64,000 bases of DNA. Source: Octopus vulgaris. Taxonomy: Eukaryota. Each line of letters opens with the position of its first letter. Position 1 is the stretch's first letter. The notes under the pieces were generated by a model that saw nothing but the letters and a program-made list of their open reading frames with translations, was not told where the DNA came from and searched no databases. The stretch spans positions 72,168,001 through 72,232,000 of the forward strand of contig OX597817.1 of assembly GCA_951406725.2 (NCBI GenBank), in the 5' to 3' direction. Positions 25,847 to 41,161 of this stretch are shown piece after piece. Made by a program: the position numbers and the translations under genes.

Positions 25847-27439
25847 TGTTTACATTAGAACAAAAAAGAAATGCCTTAATATTTAGTGGAGACAGAAAAC
25901 AAGACAGAGTGATGTTCTATTCATAACTTTATCAAAAGTGGTAGAAGCTGCTTCACACAAGGTTTGAAACCACGTTACAGAAGAGCTTTCTTGACATCTT
26001 ACCACACGTTTTAAGGTAATTTCCTCACTTTCAGTGATATCTCTAATTCATATGCAGATTTCAGCCGCAGGAATATTAATGGACTATTTCAACCAGAATT
26101 CCATTTAATATAAGTACAATAGGTTTCTTTTGTTTTCTGGAACATAGATAAATAGAAAATGTTGCTACGCTGTAAAAGTTTGTTGCTCGGCAGCAGTGAA
26201 TGTTTAATCCAAACTCAGATTAACGTGGGAGGAGGAAAAACATCAATAGACAATTGCTTTGGAATCTGCTGGTATAACAATACGAAAAGATTGAAGTCTT
26301 TTATTTCTTTCTCTAGTTCTGTATTATCTATTTCCTTTACTATATGGGTGGAGAGGCAATAAATAGCATGGCGTCGAATTAAACGCATAACAGAATTTAA
26401 GATTGTCGTACTTTTCTCCGAGTTCAAATCCTGATGAGGTCAACTTTTCATTTCATCATAAAGATCAATTACAAAAAAAAAAAGGAGAGTACAATTTATT
26501 ATGTAGTTGATGCTACCATTTATGCATTCAACCTAATAAATTTCTGGCGCCGATATAAGAACGGAATAGTTCCTTCTCAGCATCATTACTTATAATTGTA
26601 CAATGCACAAAGAATGGCCGTCAATTTGACTTATGATATTGAGATTCTGAGCTCCTGGCTGTCTTAATAGATGTGTAGTAAAATAGTGTTTAGTAGGATC
26701 GAGATTTGATCGCTGATTAAGCTTATGTGAACTCAGGTTATATTTTATGATAGAAGCTAGTAAGTGCTTATTTCACGAGGCATAAAGATGTTACAATTGA
26801 GGAAATGAGAAACTAAAACATTCATATATTTTCCAGACTAAACTGTAAATGAATTAATATCTTACCAAAAATTGAAACCGCATCGCATTCTCCATTTGCC
26901 AGTGGTTTCACCATTGGATTTACGACGCTCAATAGCGAATGTTAAAAAAGTATTTTGTTTCATTTTTTATGTTGGCACACACATTAGAATACGGAGATAG
27001 TTTGTTGCTGTTTTACGCGCCAAGTTAAATCTGTTGTGCAAACTTATGATCAAAGACATTCCAGATATAAGCATCTCTCTTTGTATATCTTACACTACAT
27101 TATCCAATTTTATCATTACTATTTTAAGATGGTAAATATGATGTTAAAGAATTTAGCCAACATCACTAACAGGTCGAGCGATTTTGTTCCCTCACAGTGT
27201 GATAATGGATGGCGTTTAAGCATTTAAAGTTATTAATAAGCGGAAACGTGTCGTAAAGGCATACGTAATCAGCTTTATAACAATAGTTGTCGATTGTATC
27301 ATCAGGAAGTAGTCGAGTGTATCATCCCACTAATTCTAAATATTAGATATTATATTATTAGGGTTCGGAAGGCGACGAGCTGACAGAATCGTTTACAAGC
27401 TGAGTAAAACGCTTAGGGCATTTCGCTGATATGTTGTCT

Positions 27440-27710
27440 TCAGGTTATTGCTTTTGTCAATCCATCTCCAACAGCCGGCGACGCGTTTCACTCAACCATG
27501 ACGCGATGCTGAAAATGTGGTTAGATGAGTACTCCGAGTTAAGAAACAGTGATTTCTACTGTCAAGGTATTGACGAACTAGTGGAACGTCAGCATGAAGT
27601 CGAGAACGATAAAGGAGAATATATTGTTGATTGATTTGTTTAAACTGTTGATTAAAAATAAGGATTAACATAAATGGGGAAAGAAACTGATTTTATGGGG
27701 CAACATTATA
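27440..27710 (+). mobile_element. Mariner transposase 3' remnant
   Basis: FYCQGIDELVERQHEVENDKGEYIVD matches the mariner C-terminal consensus and is followed by a TIR-like end abutting TA. Confidence 0.7.
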
Positions 27711-27774
27711 TATATATGCATACATATTGTGTGTGTGCGTGTGTGTGCGTGCGTACGTGTGCAGACACGCCATG

Positions 27775-27960
27775 GATCAGGAAAGTTTTTGCAAGGTTTT
27801 GCGCTGTTTATCTTTATATAAGATCACCATGACCTCGTACATATGGTTGTGATGCATATACCTGGTGTACTCTTATCAGACGGGTTGTTATGATGGGTAT
27901 ATTGGGCTTCGGATATTTTACCCCAGTGTCACTCAGAAAGCATGCACTGCTCTCTCACTC
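27775..27960 (+). mobile_element. 3' part of the TAA-associated non-coding element
   Basis: Ends gcatgcactgctctctcactc followed directly by (AAT)n. Confidence 0.8.
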
Positions 27961-28001
<41 letters not shown>

Positions 28002-28012
28002 TAATAATAATA

Positions 28013-29540
<1,528 letters not shown>

Positions 29541-30280
29541 ATAATAATGATAATAATAACAACCGAAAACTAAAAACATAAATGCATAACTCTGAACGTA
29601 AGGAAAAGATGAAGTAAGATGAAGTAGTTTGATAAAGAAACGGAACAAGGCCATCTAAAAGTGTAGTAGTCGTCGTAGTAGTAGTAGTCGTAGTAGTACT
29701 AGTAGTAGTAGTAGGAAATAGTAGAGGCGAAAATAGAAAACACATGATAATGATGAGAGTGGTAATTTGATGAGGAGGAAAAGGCCGAAACTGAAATAAA
29801 ATATCAGGAAGAGGATACGTACATACATACATTTGTGTGTGTGTGTGCACATATACCTCCATACGTACATGCATACATACATACATATACATACATACAT
29901 ACATACATACATACATACATACATACATACATACATACATACATAGAGACAGAAAGAGAATGAGATCTGTCTACGAATAAAAGGTTAGTAAAAATATAAA
30001 AATGCAAATGAATACAAAAAACTAAATGGAAGATGATATTACGAACTAACTGTATCTGTCTATTCGAGAGATAATAACCATTGAAAATATCAGGTGAAAA
30101 CTCTCTTTATAAACAACCTCTACATGATATATTTGATTTTTTTATACAGGTGAAGGGCACAATAACACACGAATGGGTCTCATAATGTGGTCGCGGAGTG
30201 TGCTAGAAAAAGCAAGTAAACGTCCCCCAGAGCAGATTTAGTGCCTTCAAGCAAAGGAAGGCACAATAGATAACCTGGTT

Positions 30281-30317
<37 letters not shown>

Positions 30318-30318
<1 letters not shown>

Positions 30319-30537
30319 TCTTTTACTCTTTTACTTGTTTCAGTCATCTGACCGCGACCATGCTGGGGCCCCGCCTTTAATCGCGCAAACTCGACCCCGG
30401 GACTTATTCTTTTGTAAGCCCAGTACTTATTCTATCGGTCTCTTTTGCCGAACCGCTAAGTAACGTGGACATAAACACACCAGCATCGGTTGTCAAGCAA
30501 TGCTAGGGGGACAAACACAGACACACAAACGCACACA

Positions 30538-30575
<38 letters not shown>

Positions 30576-30820
30576 TACGACGGGCTTCTTTCAGTTTCCG
30601 TTTACCAAATCCACTCACAAGGCTTTGGTCGGCCCGAGGCTATAGTAGAAGACACTTGCCCAAGGTGCTGGTGTGTTTATGTCCACGTTACTTAACGGTT
30701 CGGCAAAAGAGACCGATAGAATAAGTACTGGGCTTACAAAGAATAAGTCTCGGGGTCGAGTTGCTCGATAAAGGCGGTGCACCAGCATAGCCGCAGTCAA
30801 AATGACTGAAACAAGTAAAA
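30318..30820. mobile_element. CORE-type tRNA SINE (minus, head missing) fused to an inverted copy of its own 3' part
   Basis: CORE-like acttgcccaaggt at ~30654-30666. Arms 30329-30485 and 30666-30820 are reverse complements. Confidence 0.85.
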
Positions 30821-31254
30821 AAAAAAATATATATATATATATATATACATAAACCCACACTTGTGCACGCGTGTTTATATATGATATACATAGATAAGAC
30901 GATAAAATTTATTCTAGACTGGGTTTCAGTTTGTGTATTGTGTGTGTGAGGGAGAGAGAAGAGGGTAGTGCGCGCGTTCGTGCGTGCTTGCGTGCGTGCG
31001 CCTGAATGTTGGTCAGTTTGGTCAAAGTGGAATTGCTATGCGCAGTTATTCTATTGTTGTCTGCATCGTCTCCTTCAACAACACCCTTCCTGTTTATCAA
31101 CCCCCTCCTACTCCCCATCATCTCCATTATTAACACCGTCATTATCATCATCACGACCATTATGATAGACATGGTCATATCTCCTGTATCGCATCCCTCG
31201 TATCGCGGCCGCCACCATTAGCACCATCAGCACCACCACTTCCAGCACCACTAC

Positions 31255-31269
31255 CACTATCATCATCAC

Positions 31270-31306
<37 letters not shown>

Positions 31307-31439
31307 GTCATCATCATCATCATCATCACCATCATCATCATAATCATCATCGCCGTCGTCGTCGTCATCATCAAATTGTCCCACTCATCCTTCGCCCTGG
31401 TTATATATAAAAGCCATTATCATTATTATTATTGTTGTT

Positions 31440-31471
<32 letters not shown>

Positions 31472-31535
31472 GGGTGGTGGTGGTGGTGGTGGTGGTGGTG
31501 GTGGTGGTGGTGGTGGTGGTGGTATAATAATAATA

Positions 31536-31595
<60 letters not shown>
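31255..31595. repeat. Compound trinucleotide microsatellite (CAT)n/(GTT)n/(GGT)n/(TAT)n
   Basis: Direct observation. Confidence 0.95.
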
Positions 31596-31597
<2 letters not shown>

Positions 31598-31619
31598 TAT
31601 ACACTCAACAGATTAGACT

Positions 31620-34200
31620 ATTGGAAAAGAAAAGCATCCTAACATCGGGCTACAACAAGTACCCTTAAGATGCCAAGACCCCTCCTATTGGGTTACAGCA
31701 AGTAAATTTAGATGCCAAGAACTCTAGCAGCTTTTAATAAACTTTCTTCGCTATTACCTACATAGAAGTCTATATCTACTCTAGCAAACTCCATGCAGTC
31801 TTCTACTGATATTAACCCTCTTCCACCTTCCTTTGTAGGTAGGTATAATCTTGCTATTCCTGCCCTTGGGTGAAGTCCTCCATTCATATTGAATTCCTTC
31901 TTAGTTCTGTCTAGCTTTGCTAATTCAGTTTTTGTTTAATTTACAAAAGATGTTGAATATCTAAGTAACAGTACTGCCCGAGTATTTACAGCGTTCACTA
32001 GATTCGGCCCATTTAGCTTTGACTTAGATGCCAAGAACCCTCTTAAGTTTCCTATCTGCCCCTAATAACACTGTATTCTGGAGCTGTACTAAACTAGGTT
32101 TTATGCCTAATTCCTCTATCTATCTGATCAAATATTTAGGGTTAGCTCCCAATGCACCTATAACTACTGGGATACATTTTACCCGCACTTTCAATAGTCT
32201 CTGTAATTCAATAGCTAGATCCTGGTACTTCGCTATTTTTTCTATACTTCTCATATTGATTTTTTCATCATTTGGCACTGCACACCTTCTCAATTTTCAT
32301 CTTTCATTTCTGTAGTTAATATTCTGTCAGATACTAATACACCTAGACACTTATATCTATCTCCTCCCTTCAATGATTTTGATGTCTGGCCATCTGGTAG
32401 TTGGATGCCTTCGCTCTTGACTACCTGTCCCCTTCACATGACTAAAATTGCACACTTATCTATGCCAAATTCCATGCCTATATCCGAATAATCTATCGCT
32501 TTTTCATTCTTACATAAAAGTTTCAGCTCATCCATGTAGAGCAAATGGTTAATTTCTCCATTACTATTTCTGAACTGATACATTGCCTTTGTCTTCCTGA
32601 ATACTAAACCGAATACTAAACTGAGGGGGATCAAACATAAGACAAATATTAGAGGGGACAATGGGTCACCCTGGAAAATTCTTCTTTTGGTATTAATTTG
32701 TGTCACCTGAGTAGAGATCTACTTTTTATTTCGTCATGTTAAAGCGAATTAATTATCTTATGTTGTCAGCTATGCTGAATATACTCAAACATTCACTTAT
32801 CCATCAGTGTGGAATCATGTCATAGGCTTTCCTATAATCTATCCATGCTATTGTTAGTCATCCAATTTGGTATTATTCCTTCATTAAGGCAATCCTGAAG
32901 TTATTCTTTCAGCCTCCCTTGTAAACTACTGAACTTCTTTAGCCAGTACCCTTGAATTAAATCTGTTCCTGGGCCCTTCCAATTCGGTATTTTTCCTAAC
33001 ACTTTACTCATAAATGCACTAGTTAGTCTGAGATCTGGCTGCCTTTCACTCCCTACTTCTTCCTTCACTTTCTTTAACCATACTGCATCTCCATAATGAC
33101 TGACTGTTTTATCCCAAATATTACTCTAGAACTGTCTAGCTTCCTCTGCATTAGGTTTCTCCTCTTCAGCACTTCGTTCTCCACTATTTTCTTTGGTTAT
33201 AAAATGTCTTCTGGTCGGTCTCAAAAATTTTTTTTGCTGATACTGATCTATTCTTTTCTAATATCTGGAGAGCTTACCTGCTACTGCTATGACAGGCTGT
33301 TTCAACTCTTCTGTTACTGCCCCAAATCCTTTCTCTTTGACTGAGTATCTTTCCTCGAGGCAAGATTTGCATCTTGCGTTTCCCATCTTGTTTGTTTTCC
33401 AGGCTTCTATTCTACTCATATCTTGTCTTAAAACCTTCAGTTTATTTTGTAGCTTCCTTTTCCACAGTTTCTCTCTTTTTAATTTTTCCCTCTGAGATAT
33501 CTAATCTTCTGGTGACTATTACCCCTCTTCCATAGATCTATAAGTTAGTGTCTTCTATATTTTTAGTATCTATCCTCCTGATAACAGAATCTACTTTCCT
33601 AGTCATTTCTTGTAGCTCCTTTCTGCTGGTGCCTCTTTCTGCTAGTCTCTAAATTCTTTACTTAATTTTTTAATCATTACTTCGTGCAACTCATCTAAAA
33701 TTTTCTTATCCTTTCAACTTAAATCACTTAAGTCGTTGGTGCCAGCTGTCTCTTCCTTATTGGTCGCGCTATTATTATTTTTTTACCTTTAGGTCCTTCT
33801 TTGGTTTGAGCTGTATCTCTTACGTTGTTGCTTGTCTTTCCCACTGCCTGGTCTTTCTTTTCCAGTTCTCTTGTGATCTATTCAACCTCCAATTCTGTCA
33901 TTCACTTTCTTCAGCTAATAGCATTAGCCTGGTCAACTAATCTCTGTTCAGTCACTTTAAACACACCCTTCTCTACCCAAAGTGCTAACATCCGTTTTCT
34001 ATTGCCCCTTGTTTTTGGTTCACTTTCTAAGAAGCACTGTATCACTATCCTGTTTTCTTCGCTGGTTCACTTCCCTTCCTCCGCTGATGCTGTATTAGGA
34101 TGACTGCTGTGGTTAGTCTGCATCTTTACTGATCCACTGCCGAACTAGAGGCCTTCTCTTAAAGGTCCAGCTTCATTTTCACTGTTGCAACCAGAGTTTC
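31620..34200 (-). mobile_element. Rearranged R4/Dong-clade retrotransposon (N-terminal region, RT, RLE tail)
   Basis: RRIFQGDPLSPLIFVL, INHLLYMDELKL, IGMEFGIDKCA, AWIDYRKAYDMIPH and the C-terminal VQLQNTVLLG..RVLGI*. Confidence 0.85.
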
Positions 34201-34511
34201 TTCGGAAACTCCTGTCTTACATAAACTGAGGTAAGGTAACATTCGTCAACATCGTCATCACCACTATTATTTTTCACCATCTGAAAATTTCAAGCAACTC
34301 ACTATTGCATCATTTGTTTGCACCTTTGTGCTGGTGGGGTAGTTTGTGCTGCATTTTTTGGGTGGTGGGTATTGTATTGCATCAGTGCGTTTTGTTATGG
34401 GGTTTTATTTGAGTCTTTTGTGGTATTAGTTTTTATATTGTGCGTTGTTTGTGTTGCGCAGGTTGTGTTCTTCTGTCGAGTATCGGCCTTCTATGGCACA
34501 TGTTGTGGATT

Positions 34512-34675
34512 GCATTTCTTCAGTCCTTACATTCTGAGTTCAAATTCCGCCGAGGTCGATTTTGCCTTTCATTATTTCGGAGTCCATTAAATAAGTACCA
34601 GTTACACACTGGAGTCGATGTAATTGACTTAATCCCTTCCCCAAAATTTGAGACCTTGTGCTTCCAGTAGAAAGG

Positions 34676-34740
<65 letters not shown>

Positions 34741-34985
34741 CATTATTATTATTATTATTATTATTACTATTACTATTATTATTATTATTGCTCGCTGGCA
34801 GAATCATTAGCATGCCGGGCAAAATGTTTAGCGGTATTTCTTCAGTCCTTACAATCTGAGATCAAATTCTGCCGAGGTTGATTTTGCCTTTCATCTTTTC
34901 GGGGTCGATTAAATAAGTACCAGTTATGCACTGAGATCGATGCAATCGACAATCTCCCTCAAATTTCTGCCCTATGCAGAAAGAA
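34512..34985 (+). mobile_element. Two Nin/Deu-like SINE copies separated by a (TTA)n array
   Basis: The family core is at ~34560-34600 and ~34885-34922, and each copy ends agaaag(g/a)attatt. Confidence 0.8.
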
Positions 34986-35070
34986 TTATTATTACTATTC
35001 GCCTTCATGCTCTTGTTTTTCTGTTCTTCATCTCCTCCCGGCATTGCACCTTCATCCCACCCATAAAGTA

Positions 35071-37040
35071 CAGTGTTACTTCGCAGTAGAGTTTAATTCG
35101 TTGCATGACCGTGATCGTTTTACAAATCAATTTTCCCCATTGAAATGAACTAGAATATAATTAATCCGTTCCAGCCTCTCAAAACCACCCAAAATAATTT
35201 TTATGGGTTTTAAATCAGAAAACGTTTAGTCACAATGAAAAGCACGCTAACAGAGAACGCAAAAAAAACATTCAAACTAGCTTTATAAATCCAATTACCT
35301 TAAAGATAGGACGATTTGTGCACAAAGAAGACGATGGAGCGGGGAGGAGGAGGATTATCGTTTGGAAGGAAATCTCCTTCCATTAAGACCTCAAAAAGAA
35401 CAATTTCTGGTGTTTTCTCTCTCACCTCGCTTCATTTAGGCTTTTTAGACACATTTTATTCAAGTTTCAAACTTGCAGGTCGTTTCATTAGAAACATATC
35501 AAGAGAAGTCTTTTTCATGCCGTTCAAACTGTTATGAAAATGCGCCAGGACAGTGTCATTAAATAAAGCATCTGTAAGAACTATAAATACTTTTTCAGGA
35601 TGATACTTTTCTACAAATTCAGAAACATACCGCCATTTTACCAACATGGCCTTTATGTCACTCTTAGAGGTAGCCTTCTATTATCCTCACCGCTACTGTC
35701 CTCCTCCGGAAAAACCAATCACTTCTGCTGCATCCGAATGCTGCTCCTGAAGCTGCAGTTCATCTGTCGCCAGATCCTCTGAGTTGCTCTACAAGATCAT
35801 TAATGCCCCCATCGTCAACCTCGAGGCCCATGGATTTGCCAACAGACACCATCTCCTCGACTACAGGTGTCTCAGACTCAAACCCCTCGAAGCCTCTTTC
35901 AGATACGTAGTCAAGCCACAGTTTTCTCCATGCAGAATTCAGCGTTCTTCTCGTTACACCTTGCCAGGCCATATAAGTGATTTTCGAGCAGTTAACAATG
36001 TTGTAGTGCTCCCTCCAAAATCCACGAAGGGTTAGATTTGTATTTTCGGTGACTTCAAAGCACCGACAAAACAGGTCTTTGGTGTACAATTTCTTGAAAT
36101 CAGAAATAACCTGCTGGTCTATAGGATTCAAGATAGGGTAGGTGTTGTGGGAAAAGTACAGAACTTTTATGAATTTAAATTCGTCCAGGATAATATATTT
36201 GAGGTTAGGAGGGTGAGCAAGAGCATTGTCGAGGATGAGGAGGGCCTTGAGAGGAAAATCTTTCTCTAGACGGTACTTTTTCACTGCTGGTCTGAAGACA
36301 AGGTTGACCCACCCAGTGAAGAATTACCTGCTGACACAGGTTTTAACATTTGCCTTGTACAGGACCTGCAGCTTCTTCAGGATTTTGTGAGACTTTCGGA
36401 ATGGTAGATAAGGAGCAGTTTAATCTTCAAGTCTTCACCTCACATTGACACAAATGGTGGGAGTCAGGCTACCATTCCTAGGCTTGAGGTCTGGCATTTT
36501 TTCCTCAAACAGTTAGAAAATTTTGCCCACAAAAGGCCAGTTTCATCACAGTGTAATACCTGTTGTGCGATATACCGCTCGGCTGCGATGAGCTGACAGA
36601 ATTCACGCACGAAGTTTCAGCTGCCTTCGTGTCAGAACTTGCTGCTCCTCCATACCTGATCACACTATGATCACCGGTCCTCTTCTTGAAATTATCGAAC
36701 CGCGATAGGCCTTACATGCATCTGCTGATGTCTTCTGCGTCGATGTTCCAGGGTTCGGTTTTAGGAGATCCCCATACTCTTGCTTTCATGCAGATGGTGG
36801 TCTTCGTTCCGTAATCGTACCCCTTACTTCTCGTTGATCCATGCACTCCTTTCATGTTTATCAATGCTTTCCTTCTTTAATTTTATCTGAATCAACTTTT
36901 TCTTCTTCTTAGCACTGCCTTCTACGCTAACCTTCTTAGGACCCATGACTAACACAACTAGTTATTATAAAATAATAGTCAAAATCGCACAAAACGAAAA
37001 TAGATCATCTTGGATATCAACAAAAGCAATCATTTCACTC
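35071..37040 (-). mobile_element. Tigger/pogo DNA transposon, decayed transposase; right end not found
   Basis: ATG at 36946 (MGPKKVSVEGSAKKKKKL..). The DDE_1-type region reads KALLILDNALAHP..NTYPILNPIDQQVISDFKKLY. The left terminus is TA|CAGTG at 35069-35075. Confidence 0.88.
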
Positions 37041-37049
37041 AATATGACA

Positions 37050-37776
37050 CTTTAGAAAGATGATTTAATAACATATAATAGTAAAATAAATAAAATACTA
37101 GTCTTTAAAGCTTGAATAATATTTTTTTATTTGCGAGTTTCTGAAAATATGAGTTGTCTCAAATTATCATTAAATGCATACAACCACGCTTGTATATGTA
37201 TAAAAAATATTTTGGACATGTATATTTTTGAAAACGAATTTGATTAAAATATTCGATGAAATGTCGCCTATTATGTTATATTTAGTAATTTTCCTTTGGC
37301 TAAATAAATACCGAAAACAGAATAGTCGAACAGAACAAATACTGAAATTGTTTGAAGAAGACAAACCTAAAGTAATATATGGATTAGTAAGTTTATAATA
37401 TAATATCAATCACACAAGACCTTTAGAAAGATGATTTAATAACATATAATAGTAAAATAAATAAAATACTAGTCTTTAAAGCTTGAATAATATTTTTTTT
37501 ATTTGCGAGTTTCTGAAAATATGAGTTGTCTCAAATTATCATTAAATGCATACAACCACGCTTGTATATGTATAAAAAATATTTTGGACATGTATATTTT
37601 TGAAAACGAATTTGATTAAAATATTCGATGAAATGTCGCCTATTATGTTATATTTAGTAATTTTCCTTTGGCTAAATAAATACCGAAAACAGAATAGTCG
37701 AACAGAACAAATACTGAAATTGTTTGAAGAAGACAAACCTAAAGTAATATATGGATTAGTAAGTTTATAATATAAT
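37050..37776. repeat. Near-perfect tandem duplication, ~355-bp unit
   Basis: 37050-37404 vs 37421-37776 appear identical apart from one T in a T-run. Confidence 0.9.
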
Positions 37777-38200
37777 GCAGGATATCCCTACACCTAGAGG
37801 GCATTTTCATAGGCTCATCACTTTACACAATACTTGATAATTTCTATATGATCAACCACAAGCGCGAACATTTTTTTATATATGATCGAATACTAGTTGA
37901 ATATTTGTATATCTATAAACTAGAGCATTGACATCTATTGATCTGAAAAAGTATATTTCTATGAAACTATACCTTTAGCAATGCACAAGTATCGGCTATT
38001 ATAAATATACATACCAAATTGTGAAGGGAAAGAGCAACTACTACGCAGTAATACTTAAGTTTTCCTATATAATGCAGGATATCCCTACACCTAGAGGGCA
38101 TTTTCATAGGCTCATCACTTTACACAATACTTGATAATTTCTATATGATCAACCACAAGCGCGAACATTTTTTTATATATGATCGAATACTAGTTGAATA
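37771..38200. repeat. 133-bp direct repeat
   Basis: 37771-37903 = 38068-38200. Confidence 0.9.
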
Positions 38201-38399
38201 AGATAGGTAGGTCAATAATATGTTGAAAATCTCAAAAGAGGAGAAGTCTGTGAACCAGCTGAACCAGACCCTACGTCATTAGTGGTTACTACCTGAAGGA
38301 AAAGAGAAAGAAAAATACACGTACGCATAGATGCAACACAAAACAAACTACAAAGTGATATTGAATTTTATATCTTTAACAGATATTTGAAATTGCTTA

Positions 38400-40515
38400 C
38401 ACTGGGCAACAACAAAATTTTTTGTCTGGTGCCTAGAATATTTCAACGAATTCTTAAGTGATTTTTACTGCTAAATTCAAAAATAACTTCGGTTTTTCTC
38501 TATCAGGTCTAGTTTTCTGACTAAACCTGATAGAGTAAATATTTTATTCATACAAAAGGCATATATTATGAATCAATAAAGAGAACGTAACATAAAACAA
38601 AACGAATATATATATGTTTATATATATCAGAATATATATCTATTTTTGCTTACCATAAATGTTGAGCAACAAGAGTATCTCGTTTTAAACACCAGCAATA
38701 GTCTGCAATCATCAAGGCGTCCTAACGTCCTTGGGACCGAGTTTCCATTCCTTTGATGTCCTGATGGAATCGTTCGCCTTGTTCATCGCTTACATCTCCG
38801 AGATTTTCAGGAAAACAATCAAAATGACTAAAAAGATAATGCATTTTGATGCTCATACTCGCGCTAATATCACGAAAAGTTGATATCAAGTTCGTAACAA
38901 GGTCTTTATAGTTTTCACATTTTTGGTTCCCGAGGAAATTTTGCACTACTTCTGCAGAGGCTAGCCAAGCAGATGCTTCATTTTCGCTCATTACTTTCAC
39001 GAAATGTGTGTCCTTCAAGAGCTTGCCGATCTGTGGTCCATCAAAAATCTCTGCTTTAAGTTTTTCAGTTGTCAAGTCTGGAAATACACTGCAGATATAC
39101 TTGAATCACTCCCTATATTTGTCTAGCGCTTAGACGAATTGCTTGATCAATCCGATTTTGATGTGCAAATCGGGTAAAATGATCTTATCTTGCTCAACTA
39201 AAGGTTCTTCCAATATATTGGCAGCTCTACATGGAGCCATATTTGTTCGAGACGGCCAGTATTTCTTAACATAGTGGTTTCATTGGTCTCTACTGACACA
39301 CATACAAAGAAAGCATGGGTATTTGGTATAACTAGATTGCTGTCCTATGAGAAAATTCACCATCTTGAAGTCAAGGCAGATGACTCATTTATGGTCATGT
39401 ACAGTATCTTCTCTAAAGCCAACTTAACTTCATATTTTTCCTTCAGAGTTGTTTAGTGGCCGAGTAAACAGAGCCATACACATTTCCGTTGTGCTACAAT
39501 ACACATTTTAAACTACGCTTAGAGCTACCTATGAAAAGACGCCATTCCTCTGATTTGTATTACTCAATGCCAAGTTTATTAAGAAGCCCACTGACATCTC
39601 TGCAGTAAACCAGCTCTTCCTCCTTTGTGAAAAAAAAAGGAACTCTTCATGCCGACTCCGATAAAATGTTATACGAACACCATTCTCTAGAAGATTCTTC
39701 TCTTTCAGTCGTGGGGCCAACCGTTCTGCAGAATCTTTTGGGAGATTCAAGTCACGAACTAGATCATTCAACTGTACCTGGGAGAATAGCTGAGGTAAAG
39801 TCTCAATTGAAAAGTCTTGATCTCTAGTGTCTTCTTCAGGAGATGAATCTTCTTTGGTTGAGGGTAAAGTTATCTGAGGCAAGACAGGAACAGGAAGGTC
39901 TTCACTGTGTGGAACTAGTCTAATAGCAGAAGTAAGATTAGGATAGGCAAGTGTTTGTCGATTTTTCCGGTTAATACCCTTCAAATTTAGGTTACAAAAA
40001 TAGCAGTCGTCTACGTGATTATAGCTCATACTGTTCCTTGTCCCTTTAGTCCTTTGTCGCAAATGTCCTGTACATTGTTTGCAGACGCTATGCGGTGCCC
40101 AATATTTATCTTGGTCTCCCAGTTTGACTCCAAAATATGCCATATATACTCTTTCAACAAAATCAGTGATGTTTTTTTTAGATTTTCAAGTAATGTGTAT
40201 TCTCCACAAGCATAACAAAACACATCTGGTGAATTAACACACCGCTTTCTTGAAGAGGACAACTTGATATTTTCTATTGCTTAGTTCACCACAACATCTA
40301 AAAAGTATAGAAAAAGAAAAAAAAACTTAGAATAAGAATAAGGTGGCGAACACTGCGTACTAGACTTACACATATACATAGTGACTATAGGTATGTTCAA
40401 TAACTTAAAAACTAGATCTGATAGGTCAAAAAGAAGGTTATATTTAGATTCAAGAGACCGATTTTGTACAGGAATGATGTCTATTTCATAAACACTAAAA
40501 CCTTGTAGACCAGTG
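38400..40515 (-). mobile_element. Full-length Chapaev3-type (CMC) DNA transposon with frameshifted transposase
   Basis: Termini CACTGG..CCAGTG with a TTA TSD (38397-99, 40516-18), and subterminal inverted ctatcagRtctagtttt. The protein has CVNSPDVFCYACGE, WAPHSVC, HVDDCYFC and SIKMHYLFSHFDCFPENLGDVSDEQGERFHQDI. Confidence 0.85.
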
Positions 40516-41161
40516 TTATACAAACTATCCTAATATATGCCATCATATTGAAGGTGATTACAAATACTCCTACAGGTATAAAAGCTCTATGAATAAAACA
40601 TTAATTATATTTGTTCAAATATTCTCCTAGCATAAAGAAGCTTTCGATCAGAAACTGTGTAGATTTAAAGCAGAGACTGTTTTATAATAACGAAAACAAA
40701 AATCCCAATCCCGAGTCTGAGTAAATATGTCATGAGGGATTAACCTCAGGTAAATCCTTGTCGTGAGGACTAATTAATTATCAGAGACATTCCATCCGAG
40801 ACTACCTACCTTTTTTGTGTATCAGAAATTTATTATATAATATACTCTTTCTACTTTTTAAAGGCAGCAGGATATGCGATTTGGCTGCTGTTTCTAGCCG
40901 ATTGAGCGATAGTTTAGAGGTCTCAATGATCAATTATGTTGGCACAAGAAGAATAAAACTTGTAAAATAGAATAACTTTGTGTGCCGATGAAGAGAAGCC
41001 GCTGCTAGTCTATAATAGCTAATCTGCATCTATACCATGTACCTAAACCTAATACCCCGCCCCAATTTTTGTTTTGTTATATTTCCACATACAAATAACA
41101 AAACAATTAGGGCAATTTTAAAATGCATGTACATGCATTTAGAAACTATCTATAAAAAAAT

